A stretch of 64,000 bases of DNA. Source: an uncultured archaeon. GTDB taxonomy: Archaea > Thermoproteota > Bathyarchaeia > Bathyarchaeales > Bathycorpusculaceae. The stretch lies in assembly GCA_963782915.1 (NCBI GenBank), contig CAWALK010000015.1, positions 96,001 to 160,000 of the forward strand, read 5' to 3'. The translations under genes were made by a program, and so were the position numbers. The notes under the pieces were generated by a model. The model was given only the letters and a program-made list of their open reading frames with translations, was not told where the DNA came from and searched no databases. Below are positions 54,100 through 64,000 of the stretch, piece after piece (positions within the stretch are counted from its first letter, which is position 1; every line of letters begins with the position of its first letter).

Positions 54100-56210
54100 C
54101 TATTTATCGGTTGTTTTAGGTTTTTCTAGGTATTCAAGCATTTTTTCAGTGTCGTTGGTTGGTGGCATGCAGGTTTGGTTTTTGCAGACATAGGCGGTGG
54201 CTTTGCCATCGATTTTTTCGTAGCTTACGCCAACAGGAGCCGCTTTTGCCCGTTCAGGTGTCCAAAGTGTCAGGGTTAGGTTAGGTATGTATTGTCTTCT
54301 TAGAGTGGCAAGCATGCGTTGGGTGTCGTTATCCGCTGGGTCGCCTGCAACGACGACGTTGACGTTATATGATGGGCCAAGCAGAAAATCCAACCCTGCC
54401 AACATGAACGTGTGACCCATCGGATAACCCTTGATATCTTCCGCAAAAGCTCCAAGCATTTTAGATGCATATTGCTCGAAAGAAACCTCATTAGCCAAGC
54501 GAGATAACCGAAGCAAATCATGAAGCGCCACCGAATTGCCTGAAGGAACCGCACCATCGTAGTTCTGCTTAAGGCGCGGAACATCTGCTTCGCTGGTTTT
54601 GCCTGTGAAGTAGAAGCCTCCGTTTGCTTCATCCCAAAACTCCCCAATCATTGCATTGGTTAATTCTACGCTGGCCTGCAAATATTTCTCTTCAAAACCA
54701 GCCTCATAGAGCTCAATCAACCCATAAACCAGAAAAGCGTAATCATCCAAAAAGCCGCCTATCGCTTTTTCTCCTTTAGCATACCGATGATATAGCCTAT
54801 GGTCGCTTGTCTGCATTTCCTTTAGAATGAAATCAGCAGCTTTTTTGGCTGCTTGGAGATATTTCGTCGTCGCCCAATACTTGGCTTGCTTTGGCTAAGG
54901 CTGCAATCATTAAGCCGTTCCAATCGGTGAGTACTTTGTCGTCTTTAGCTGGATGCACACGCTTCTCACGCACTGCGTAGAGTAGCTGGGTTATTTTTGC
55001 GAGTTTGCCAATAACTTGATCCACAGACAGATTGGTTTGTGCAGCCATCTGTTCCAGTGGTACTGCTAGGTGGAGTATGTTTTTGCCATTTCTACCCTTA
55101 GGCGGCTCAACATAGTTACCCTCTGCTTTAACGCCGAAGAGTTTGATGGCAAAATCGGCGAGTTCAAGCGGCAGAGCCTCCTTGATTTGCGCTAATGTCC
55201 AGAGGTAGAATTTTCCTTCTTCGCCTTCGCTGTCCGCATCCTCTGCCGAGTAGAAGCCGCCCTCGGGCGACGCTAAATCTCTGAGTACGTAATCGAGGGT
55301 TTCTTTGGCGGTTACCATAAATTTGGGTGCACCCGACACCTGATACGCTTCCAAATATGCTAAGCTCAACATGGCTTGGTCGTATAGCATCTTCTCAAAA
55401 TGCGGCACCAGCCATCTGGCATCGGTGGAGTATCGGTGGAAACCTAATCCGATTTGGTCAAATATTCCGCCAAGCCGCATTGTCCGCAGGGTCCGCTCAA
55501 CCATGCTCCAAGCCGCTGGCTGTTTGGTTCTGTTGTAGTAGCGCATTAGGAACAGGAGGTTGTGGGGTGAGGGAAATTTCGGTGCTGAGCCGAACCCCGA
55601 GTTTTCGTGGTCGTAGGCTAAGAAGAGTTGGTCGTATGCTTCGTCGAGTTCCATTTTGCCAAGTTTAGCCTCATTGGATGGAGCGGCTTGCTGGGTTAAT
55701 TGCTCATTTAATTCCGTGCCCATAGTTTCCAATTCGTTTCGGCGGGTTTTCCAGATTTGCCCAAGCTGCGGAACAAGGCTTAACATGCCTATTGTGCCGT
55801 AGCGGTTTTCTTTGGGTATGTAGCTTGCCACAAAAAACGGTTTCTTCGAGGGCGACATGACTACGTTTAGGGGCCAACCGCAGCTTCTTCCCATAGCTTG
55901 ACAAACCGCCATGTAAGCGGCGTCGAGATCAGGGCGTTCCTCACGATCCACTTTTACACAGACAAAGGCTTGGTTGAGTAATTCGGCGACTTCTTGGTCT
56001 TCGAAGGATTCTTTTTCCATAACGTGGCACCAGTGGCAAGATGAGTAGCCGATGGAGACAAAAACGGGTTTATCTTCTGCTTGGGCTTTTTCGAAGGCTT
56101 CGCTGCTCCAGGGATACCAGTCTACGGGGTTGTAGGCGTGTTGGAGTAGGTAGGGGCTTTTTTGGTTTATGAGCCTATTAGGCTTCCTGATTTGAAGTTG
56201 GATTCTGCAA
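54100..56210 (-). CDS. Thioredoxin-domain protein YyaL/SSP411, frameshifts near 54860 and 56185
   Basis: [45 protein letters not shown] and DGAVPSGN. Confidence 0.92.
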
Positions 56211-56279
56211 AAGATGGCGTCTCCTAATCTAGAATTGGCGTTTATTCTATTTAGCTTTAATAAAAAAAGAATTGTTGGT

Positions 56280-56888
56280 TTAGTAGTGGTAGACTGCTGT
56301 GGCGTTTACTTGGGCTGCTTCGTTAATGTTGCCGACTTTAACTTCCAAAGTTCCAGGCAGTACAGCGAACACGAGGATTCCCGAGGTTCCTAAGGTTTGG
56401 TTTGATGCCAAAGTGTAGGTGCTGCTAAAAACGTTTGTTACCTGCACATAAGTTGAGGTCACATTGGAGGTTCCTTCAACCACTACGTATCCTGCATAGT
56501 CTATGTTGCCGCTCCAAAGAGTCGTTGTTGCGTTGAGGTCTTGGCTGAAATTGCCGCTATAGAGGTTTCCATAGGTTGCTAAGTCAGCGATTTTTTGCAG
56601 GTTTTGGTATTCCGTGCCTAAGCTTGTTAAGGTGGCGTTGTATTCTGCTATTTGTGATTGTAGTGCTGCGATTTGGGCTGTATAGGTGCTGATGTTGGGT
56701 GCAGCAGCAATTTGTTGTTGCAACGCCGCTATCTGCTGGTTTAATGATGCGATGGTTTGGTCTTTCTCGGATATTTGTGTTTGAGTTGGAAGGTAGAGTG
56801 CAAAAGCGCCGACTGTGCTGGCGATGAGAACAACGCATACCACAGCCAATGCGATAAATTTCAGGTTACTATTGCCTTGTTGAGCCAT
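56280..56888 (-). CDS. Membrane-anchored coiled-coil protein
   Basis: N-terminal TM helix; QIAALQ heptads. Confidence 0.7.
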   Translation of the reverse strand: MAQQGNSNLKFIALAVVCVVLIASTVGAFALYLPTQTQISEKDQTIASLNQQIAALQQQIAAAPNISTYTAQIAALQSQIAEYNATLTSLGTEYQNLQKIADLATYGNLYSGNFSQDLNATTTLWSGNIDYAGYVVVEGTSNVTSTYVQVTNVFSSTYTLASNQTLGTSGILVFAVLPGTLEVKVGNINEAAQVNATAVYHY

Positions 56889-56984
56889 TTTATATCTCAC
56901 TGCTTTAGAGCCTGATAACCAAGGCGGTAGTTAAAATCTTTTTTTCCAAATTAAACCCAAAGAAGAAAAAAGTGATTTGCTTTT

Positions 56985-57419
56985 TTAGTATTTGACGCTC
57001 AAGTAGAAAAGCACCAACAGGGCACTCATCTCAAAGAGGTCTGGCAGAAACGCAAACGGTCCTAAACCGAATATGCCAAATCCGCCTAAAGCAATCACAA
57101 ATGGACTCAAAGTGATGTCTTTAATCAGTAGCATGAATGCGAAGAGCATTAATCCAAGTGTGAATTCGGATTTTGTCTTGCTGTAGATGCTTGCATAATT
57201 GAAGATCAAAACAGCCGTTAATACGATGTTGACTGTGGAGAGAACCGTTCGAACCATATAATAGAATTCAAGGTCCCCTGATGTGGTCCTAAACTGTCTT
57301 GGCATAAAGGGAAAACCGTTAGCTTGGCTAGTCTGATACGATGAAATAATAATTGCTAATACCGCAGTTAAACCTAACATGATGGCAAGCAAGATCAAGA
57401 TTTTTTGTGTTCTACTCAT
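56985..57419 (-). CDS. Hypothetical membrane protein
   Basis: 4 TM segments with KSEFTLGL; downstream of a wHTH gene. Confidence 0.7.
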   Translation of the reverse strand: MSRTQKILILLAIMLGLTAVLAIIISSYQTSQANGFPFMPRQFRTTSGDLEFYYMVRTVLSTVNIVLTAVLIFNYASIYSKTKSEFTLGLMLFAFMLLIKDITLSPFVIALGGFGIFGLGPFAFLPDLFEMSALLVLFYLSVKY

Positions 57420-57449
57420 TGTTTCTCCCTCTTTGGTCTTCTCCTTTTT

Positions 57450-57752
57450 CTACTTTTTCCCGATTTTACTGGTAATCTCCTCAAATAAGGCATAATTGTC
57501 CTCTAGCACTTGCGAAAGAAAATAGGTCGCTCCATATCTATCTCCAACTGAAGTTAGCATTTTGTTTTTCTCTAAAACTTCAAGGTGATGGCGCATCGTT
57601 TTATAATCCATCTTGAGCAAAGTTGCAAGTTGATTGGCGTTCTGAGGCGACTCTTTTAAGGCTATAATTATTTTTGCACGGGTCGGGCCACCTCTTGTGC
57701 CAGCAATGAGCCATCCAAGCAAATATTTTAGTGAACGCGCATTTACTGACAA
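57450..57752 (-). CDS. ArsR-like winged-helix regulator
   Basis: GTRGGPTRAKII...NANQLA..L.MDYKT.RHHL. Confidence 0.88.
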   Translation of the reverse strand: MSVNARSLKYLLGWLIAGTRGGPTRAKIIIALKESPQNANQLATLLKMDYKTMRHHLEVLEKNKMLTSVGDRYGATYFLSQVLEDNYALFEEITSKIGKK

Positions 57753-58147
57753 TTCTTACCCTCCGTGCATGAGATTCTTATCACTCTGTGTTTAGCTTGA
57801 GTAAATAAATGTGAGCCTTTCTGGGGCTCCCAAACGGTTTTGATGATGGAATTTTCTTCAAAGCCTCCGCTTTACCGACCAGATCGCTTGAGCTATTGTC
57901 ATCTGAAATTTTGCTCCTGCGCTATATTGCTTGCATTTATTACATGTTAGCGATGTCCAATTTGGGCTCAATTTGGGTAACATTTTGAAATATTATTTAA
58001 TAATCAAACGGGGTAACCCAACTCAGAGACAGCCAAGAAGGAAAAGTGAATTTCCAAACGGCCATAAGCCCAAACTGCCCAAAATACCCCTTCATTATCC
58101 TTCTTGGTTGCACTCCAAATTTACAATTAAATTAGGTGCAAACTACA

Positions 58148-59608
58148 ATGGGAATATTCAGCAGAGCAATAAGGAACCTTTCACGAAGAAAAGTCCGATC
58201 ATTACTCGTTATTGTTGCATTAGCAATTTCACTTTCAATCATGGTTTCGATTCCTGCAGGCCTTTTAGCCAATCAGGAAGCCACCAGTGCAATGGCGGAT
58301 AATTTAGGATCAACCATCACCCAAACCAGCGAGTCAATCAATGCTTCGCTAAGTCAAATCGACGTTTCTATGTCGTCGAATTTTGCTGGGTTCGGTTTCA
58401 TTTCCTCAGATTCGGGAACTACCATAACGCCGCCTAGTGATGGACAACGGCCAAGTGGCAGCTCGGATCCATCGGATAGCAGCAATTTCCCTGACCGTTT
58501 CGGCGGATTCGGTGGCGGCGGAGTCACTGGCCAATTTGGCGGCGGTTCACGAGCAGCTACCCCCATGAATGCAAGCCTCTACTCGGACATTAGCGACATC
58601 TCGGGCGTTGCAGCTGTTGAAGAAATTTTGGAAGCCTCCGAAGGCGACACTAACCAAACAATAACTATGATGGGAAGAAGCTTCACTATGCAAATAACTG
58701 ATTACACAATCAAAGGTATACCCCTAACCTCCGATTTAATAACAGGCTATTCAGTGCTGCCAACCAATATCCTTGAAGGAAGAAACCTACAAGCAAACGA
58801 AAGCGGCGTCGTTTTACTAAGCGAAAATAATTCACGATTCTTTGATGCAGGCGTCGGCGACACAATAAAAATCCTCAACCAAACATTCACCGTAGTGGGC
58901 ATCTATCAGCCAGCATCAAACGATAACATCCAAACACTCTACATGAACCTCTCAGACGCCCAAACAGTAACCAACAACACTGGATACATAACAAGCCTCA
59001 AAGTCTTCACCACAAACAGCGACATCGTAGACACCGTTGCCTCAAGCATCAAATCATTACATTCAGAGGTAACCGTAACCACCCAACAAGACACACTAGA
59101 CCGCCTTCAACAGCAACAATCAATGTACACCTCAGCCCTTGAAAGTGCACAGGCATCCATCGCATCAACCCAAGCAACTGCAACACAAGAAATCATCGTA
59201 GTAGTCGCAGCATCAAGCCTAATCGTGCTCTTCGTAATGCTCTATACAGTGCGTGAAAGAACCAAAGAAATCGGCACCCTCAAAGCAATCGGTTTTAGCA
59301 ACAAAGTCGTCATGGGCCAATTCATCATCGAAGGCTTACTACTAAGCGCAATTGCAGGTGCAGTCGGCATAGGCATCGCAAGTGTCGCAGCGCCTACTTT
59401 ATCCTCACTGTTGCTTCCAAGCGTTGGGAGCAGCATGGGATTCACCCAAATCGTAAACGGCGGCGTCTCAGCCACCTCAGTTACGCTAAGTCCAACCCTT
59501 ATCTTCGAGGCGTTTGGCGCCGCCATAGCGCTTGGCGTTATAGGCAGCCTCTATCCCGCATGGAGAGCAGCAAAAATCAGACCAGCAGAGGCAATGAAAT
59601 ATGAGTAA
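58148..59608 (+). CDS. ABC transporter permease, MacB/FtsX family
   Basis: RNLSRRKVRS, VRERTKEIGTLKAIG and YPAWRAAK. Confidence 0.92.
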   Translation: MGIFSRAIRNLSRRKVRSLLVIVALAISLSIMVSIPAGLLANQEATSAMADNLGSTITQTSESINASLSQIDVSMSSNFAGFGFISSDSGTTITPPSDGQRPSGSSDPSDSSNFPDRFGGFGGGGVTGQFGGGSRAATPMNASLYSDISDISGVAAVEEILEASEGDTNQTITMMGRSFTMQITDYTIKGIPLTSDLITGYSVLPTNILEGRNLQANESGVVLLSENNSRFFDAGVGDTIKILNQTFTVVGIYQPASNDNIQTLYMNLSDAQTVTNNTGYITSLKVFTTNSDIVDTVASSIKSLHSEVTVTTQQDTLDRLQQQQSMYTSALESAQASIASTQATATQEIIVVVAASSLIVLFVMLYTVRERTKEIGTLKAIGFSNKVVMGQFIIEGLLLSAIAGAVGIGIASVAAPTLSSLLLPSVGSSMGFTQIVNGGVSATSVTLSPTLIFEAFGAAIALGVIGSLYPAWRAAKIRPAEAMKYE

Positions 59609-60410
59609 ACCAGTCCTACAAATCGAAAACCTAAACAAAACCTACATGCTTGGCAAACGCCCAGTCAACGCCCTAACCAACCTCAGTCTACAGGTTAATC
59701 AGGGCGAATTCATAGCCATCATGGGACCTTCAGGCTCGGGCAAAACAACCCTGCTAAACGTCATCGGATGCATCGATAAACCTTCAAGCGGAAAAGTCCT
59801 CATAGACGGCATAGACGTAGGCAATACCCCTGAACATGAACTCTACAAGATCAGACGTGACAAGATGGGGTTTGTCTTCCAATCTTTCAACCTATTACCC
59901 TACCTAAATGCCAGAGAAAACGTCGAGTTACCCATGGAAGGCAAACAAAAATCAAGAGAAGAACGCAAAAAACGTGCAAGTGAACTCTTGGCTTTAGTTG
60001 GGCTTTCAGGAAGAGAAAACCATCGCCCCCAACGACTCAGCGCAGGAGAACAACAAAGAGTCGCCATAGCAAGAGCCCTAGCAAACAACCCCGCAATAAT
60101 ACTCGCAGACGAACCAACAGGCAATTTGGATTCAAAGAATAAACAGGAAATAATGAAGCTACTGGCAAACCTCAACATACAACAAGGCACCACAATAATC
60201 ATGGTTTCACATGACACTGACGCTGCAAGACACACCGAGCGTATGCTGTTGCTTAAGGATGGCAAAATAGTTAAAGAGAAAGAAGGTACCCATTGTGCTA
60301 AGAAGAACAGTAAATGTCCCAACTGTGGAGCAGCAATCAAATTGAATGACGATGTTTGTCCGTCATGCAAGAAGTCGCTGTTTGCAGCGGACGAATTCTT
60401 CACAACATAG
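59601..60410 (+). CDS. ABC transporter ATP-binding protein (LolD-like) with C-terminal zinc ribbon
   Basis: GPSGSGKT, LSAGEQQR, ADEPTGNLD; CPNC..CPSC. Confidence 0.93.
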   Translation: MSKPVLQIENLNKTYMLGKRPVNALTNLSLQVNQGEFIAIMGPSGSGKTTLLNVIGCIDKPSSGKVLIDGIDVGNTPEHELYKIRRDKMGFVFQSFNLLPYLNARENVELPMEGKQKSREERKKRASELLALVGLSGRENHRPQRLSAGEQQRVAIARALANNPAIILADEPTGNLDSKNKQEIMKLLANLNIQQGTTIIMVSHDTDAARHTERMLLLKDGKIVKEKEGTHCAKKNSKCPNCGAAIKLNDDVCPSCKKSLFAADEFFTT

Positions 60411-60421
60411 AGAGGGATAAA

Positions 60422-61636
60422 ATGGAGTCACCACCACAACAAATTCCAACATTTTCTCTTCCTCCACCACAAAAACCCAAACGCTCCCCGACCGTGCTCA
60501 TTGTTGTTTTGCTTTTGATAGGTTTAGTAGTGGGCGGCGGGATAGGTTATGCAGTTACTTATTCGGATTTTAACGGTAAATTAACGAATTTGCAGACGCA
60601 ACTGGGCCTCTACGAAGGTTCCGATAGGAACTCGCAGACGTATCTGCTAAACGATAACGTATCCCTTGCATCATTGTATCAGCATGTGAAGACTTCGGTG
60701 GTTGTAATTCAAGACCTTGTATCTGGCTACACCATGTTTGGCCAAAAAGTTTACACTCTCCAGCAGGGTTCAGGGTTCGTAACCGAAGTCAACAATCAAC
60801 GGGTCGTAGTAACCAACAATCACGTTATCGATGGCGCCATCAATTTTACCGTGACTTTCTCTGATGGCAACTCTTATCCTGCCACTGTGCTGGGTCAGGA
60901 TGCTAAAGCTGACTTGGCGATACTTTCCGTTTCGAACATGCCGAGTGGAGCTACAGGATTAACCCTTCTAAGCTCTTCAACTTTGAGCGTCGGAGACCCA
61001 GTAATAGCCGTCGGCACCCCATATGGCCTCTCAGGAACCCTAACAACGGGCATCGTGAGCGCTTTAGGCAGAACCATAGTAGAATCCTCAGATTCAAACC
61101 AAAACAGTGGACAACAAATCCCCGACACAATCCAAACAACCACACCCATCAACTCAGGCAACTCCGGCGGCCCATTACTCAACTATGCAGGACAAGTCGT
61201 AGGCATAACCACCGCAGGCATCAGCAACTCCGAAGGTTTAGGCTTCGCAATCCCCTCATCGACAATTATGCGTGAAATCGCCGATTTAGTTTCCTCTGGC
61301 AGCTATGATCAGCATCCATCCATAAACACCGAAGGCGTGGACATGAATTTCCCAATTGCCCAAGCTATGGGCGTTAGCGTATCCTATGGTTACTTGGTTG
61401 AGAGCGTTTCAACCAGCAACGGCTTGCAAGGCGGAAGCGCAATCAAAGCAATCCTCAACGACAACATCAAAATCGGCGGCGACGTAATCATCGCCATAAA
61501 CAACGTGCGAATAGCCAACACAGACGATTTGCTATCCTACCTCGAGCAGCATACGTTGCCGGGGCAAACGGTAGGTTTCACGGTGGTTCGAGGCGGACAA
61601 ACGCAGAACGTCCAAGTGACCATCGGAAAAGCCTAA
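60422..61636 (+). CDS. HtrA/DegP-like S1C serine protease with PDZ domain
   Basis: GSGF, TNNHVI, DLA and GNSGGPL; GDVIIAIN PDZ. Confidence 0.93.
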   Translation: MESPPQQIPTFSLPPPQKPKRSPTVLIVVLLLIGLVVGGGIGYAVTYSDFNGKLTNLQTQLGLYEGSDRNSQTYLLNDNVSLASLYQHVKTSVVVIQDLVSGYTMFGQKVYTLQQGSGFVTEVNNQRVVVTNNHVIDGAINFTVTFSDGNSYPATVLGQDAKADLAILSVSNMPSGATGLTLLSSSTLSVGDPVIAVGTPYGLSGTLTTGIVSALGRTIVESSDSNQNSGQQIPDTIQTTTPINSGNSGGPLLNYAGQVVGITTAGISNSEGLGFAIPSSTIMREIADLVSSGSYDQHPSINTEGVDMNFPIAQAMGVSVSYGYLVESVSTSNGLQGGSAIKAILNDNIKIGGDVIIAINNVRIANTDDLLSYLEQHTLPGQTVGFTVVRGGQTQNVQVTIGKA

Positions 61637-61719
61637 CTTCTTTTCTTTTTGCTTCTAACTTTTTAGTATTCGATTTTTTTTTAGGTCTATTTCCCTTCTG
61701 CGTTATGAGCGATAAAATT

Positions 61720-62342
61720 CCTTGGGACAGCATTGGTTGGTTGTTGGTGGAGGTGATTGCCTGATTAAAGGCTATGCGAGTACCAATTTGCATTGTGCTA
61801 TTCGTTGTTTGCAAAGTCATTCAGAAATTCTCTCTACCATAAGCGTACTAGTCAACAAAGAAAGAGTAACCTTAGCTGCAGTTCCAATGCTGGATAAATG
61901 CATACTTGGGCACGTGAAGCAACTGCTAGATTGCGTTTTTAATTTGGGTTTAACAATTAAGCTGCTCCTCTTTGATAGAGGATACTATTCGAGTGGATCT
62001 GCTAAATTTCTTGCACTCTTCAAAAATCAAGTATATCATGCATATTCCCTGGTTTGGTAAACCCTTGAAAAGTGGTGAAGACAGAGATTTATATGACTAC
62101 AACCCACAACAAGAGAAACAGCCAGCAGGCTGCTTTTAGGCTTGTAACCATGCGTCAAAGGGATAAATTGCTTATTTTTGCCACGAATACTTCTTTTAAG
62201 CCCAGAAGGCTCAGGAAAACGTTTAGGAAACGATGGGGTATTGAGACGAGCTTATCGCATGATCGGGATGTTTTTGGCTAAGACTACATCTAAGCTGTAT
62301 CAGCTGAGGCTTTTGTACTTCTTTTTGGCGGTGGTACTCTAT
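61720..62342 (+). pseudogene. Degraded DDE transposase remnant (IS4 superfamily, ISH3-like)
   Basis: LLLFDRGY, FATN, RWGIETS/YR and RLLYFFLAVVLY spread across broken frames. Confidence 0.75.
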
Positions 62343-62585
62343 ATAAGGGGAGGGGGCCTCGGAAGAGCAACAGAAGTTGCCTATTTATTCTTTAAATAAG
62401 GGAGGGGTAGGTGCCTTTGAGGTAGGTAGGTCCACCGGCACCTAAAACCGGGTTGCTTGCACAAACCGCCTCAACCAGCCAGCAGCCAATTACGAACGCC
62501 GAAGCCAAACACCACCCGCCTACAAGCCTTTCGTTGTTGTTGAAACAAGGCATAATCACAACAACAACTAACTATGAAAAAATGA
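62337..62585 (-). repeat. Dispersed intergenic repeat, inverted copy
   Basis: GTTGTTGTTG-N16-CAACAACAAC; minus strand GCTGGCTGGTTG..TGCAAGCA, CCTACCCCTCCCTTATTTA and TGTTGCTC..CCCTCCCCTTATATAG, collinear with copy 1. Confidence 0.78.
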
Positions 62586-62644
62586 TAGGTCTGTTGTAGT
62601 TTTGTCGCAGTCACAAATCGATATATGCTGTTAATGGTCGATGT

Positions 62645-62836
62645 ATGGTAAGGTGGTTAAATTTGGGTCAACCAATGTATGAATGCCCTTTCTGTGATGA
62701 TGCTCCGGTTTGGCGAACCCGCTATATGCTTTGGAGGCATATGCATGAATGTTTGCGTAAAGCGCAAGATTTTATTCCGGATGTTAGTGCGCCATCGGTT
62801 AGTGTACCCCGAAATGAAATGGTAATATCGCCTTAA
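62645..62836 (+). CDS. Small zinc-finger-like protein
   Basis: YECPFC...LWRHMHEC; TATA-like ATATATG upstream and a T-run after the stop. Confidence 0.5.
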   Translation: MVRWLNLGQPMYECPFCDDAPVWRTRYMLWRHMHECLRKAQDFIPDVSAPSVSVPRNEMVISP

Positions 62837-62914
62837 CAATTTTTTTTATTTTTTATTCAAAATAAGATCATAAGATCAAGTGTTTTCTTTGGTTATTGAA
62901 AAAAATGGTTCTGA

Positions 62915-63214
62915 CTAAATAACTGTCAATGTCAGCGTCGACTTGATACTGCTTAAATTTCTAATCTGCCTAAGAACCTCTTCACGCAAATACTCCAACG
63001 AATCCCCACTGACTTTAGCAACCAAATCATACGCTCCCCTAGATAGGTAAACTTCATCGACTGCATCGAGCTTCCTTAAATCTTCAAGTGCAAGGTGACT
63101 CTCATCTATTTCAGTTGTTATAAAAACAAAAGCGCTTCTCTTCTGCTTCAAAAAAGGTTCATTTTCTGCTGAAGCGCTTATTTCTGGCCGTTGGTCGGCA
63201 AAAACATTCTCCAA
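62915..63214 (-). CDS. Lrp/AsnC ligand-binding (RAM) domain protein
   Basis: AFVFIT...GAYDLVAKV...IKSTLTL. Confidence 0.82.
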   Translation of the reverse strand: MENVFADQRPEISASAENEPFLKQKRSAFVFITTEIDESHLALEDLRKLDAVDEVYLSRGAYDLVAKVSGDSLEYLREEVLRQIRNLSSIKSTLTLTVI

Positions 63215-63344
63215 AATAATCAATCTCCTATTTGATACACACATTTGCCCAGTACAGGTATTAAATCTAAGTTGCTGCCTTGCTACAACAACAAATCGAT
63301 ATAACCGCGTAAAGGGTAATTTAATGTGCAGCTTGAAAAAGCTG

Positions 63345-63484
63345 GGGCTTGGCGAAAACCCGCTTTTAGCGTCTGCAGAAAGCGTGACGATGGCTTGGTG
63401 CGCCATTCGTAATATTATTTTTTCGCCATCTGGGAGGAAGTGAAGGAATGGGTGCTTGACTCATGCTTTCTATAAGCCAAGCCC
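63345..63484 (+). ncRNA. Candidate structured ncRNA (about 140 nt)
   Basis: Nested stems GGGCTTGGC/GCCAAGCCC and AGAAAGCGTGA/TCATGCTTTCT; TTTAAT starting 25 bp upstream. Confidence 0.45.
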
Positions 63485-63500
63485 GAAAACAAAAAAAAAA

Positions 63501-64000
63501 TTAGACGTCTGTTGGCGTCTTATAGTTTACCAGCGAGAACACTTCATGTTTGTCGCCAAGGGCCTTTCTTCCGCCTAAATAGTCTAACTCGATTAAGAAA
63601 CCAAGTCCCATGACTTTGCCGCCTAATTTTTCGACCATTTCAATGTTGGCTTTTACGGTTCCGCCTGTGGCTAGCAAGTCATCGATGATTGAGACGTTTT
63701 GGCCTTTGGTGATGGCGTCTTCGTGGATTTGGATGCTGTCACTGCTGTATTCTGTTGTGTAGGTGTAGTCAAGGCATTTGTATGGTAGTTTGCCTTTTTT
63801 GCGGATTGGAACAAATCCAACGCCCAGTTCATATGCGAGGGGTGCGCCGATTATGAATCCGCGTGCTTCGTTGGATACGATGGCGTCGATTTTTTTGCCG
63901 CGGTAGTGGTCTGCTAGTTGTTTTATAGTTTCTTTGAACATAGCGGGGTCTTTTAGGAGTGTAGTGATGTCCCAGAAGACGACGCCTTTGAATTCGGGGA
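63501..64000 (-). CDS. apt: Adenine phosphoribosyltransferase, 5' end outside the window
   Basis: FWDITTLL, EARGF, RKKGKLP and IDDLLATGGT. Confidence 0.95.
   Translation of the reverse strand, partial: PEFKGVVFWDITTLLKDPAMFKETIKQLADHYRGKKIDAIVSNEARGFIIGAPLAYELGVGFVPIRKKGKLPYKCLDYTYTTEYSSDSIQIHEDAITKGQNVSIIDDLLATGGTVKANIEMVEKLGGKVMGLGFLIELDYLGGRKALGDKHEVFSLVNYKTPTDV

Noticed and set aside
10961-56210. Split host genes as programmed frameshifts
   Set aside because: Breaks affect many unrelated families with no shared slippery motif; sequencing indels are the simpler explanation

Overview
Archaeal genomic window. Gene families, TTG/GTG starts, TrmB/Lrp regulators and PAS-kinase expansions point to Ca. 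Bathyarchaeia (inference). Many genes are split by single-base indels, suggesting an unpolished long-read assembly. Most of the window is ordinary host content: P-type ATPase, satP-acs, PAS kinases, dnaJ, glycosyltransferases, tRNA-Val, tRNA-Ser, MCP-cheW, ABC exporter, HtrA-like protease and apt. The highlight is an ~8.6 kb island at 20366-29000. It consists of two tandem integrated elements whose 18-bp attachment core lies inside a box C/D guide RNA gene (20321-20390, minus strand) rather than a tRNA. The D' guide of that RNA is predicted to direct 2'-O-methylation of the 23S P-loop G2251 equivalent. Element 1 carries a tyrosine integrase and a HUH rolling-circle Rep; element 2 has lost both. 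In both elements each cargo gene is joined at a conserved 32-bp bulged-hairpin site (3 copies), an integron-like cassette layout that does not use canonical attC sites. Also seen: a dispersed intergenic repeat family, a candidate structured ncRNA at 63345-63484 and a HhH-like/PD-(D/E)XK fusion protein.
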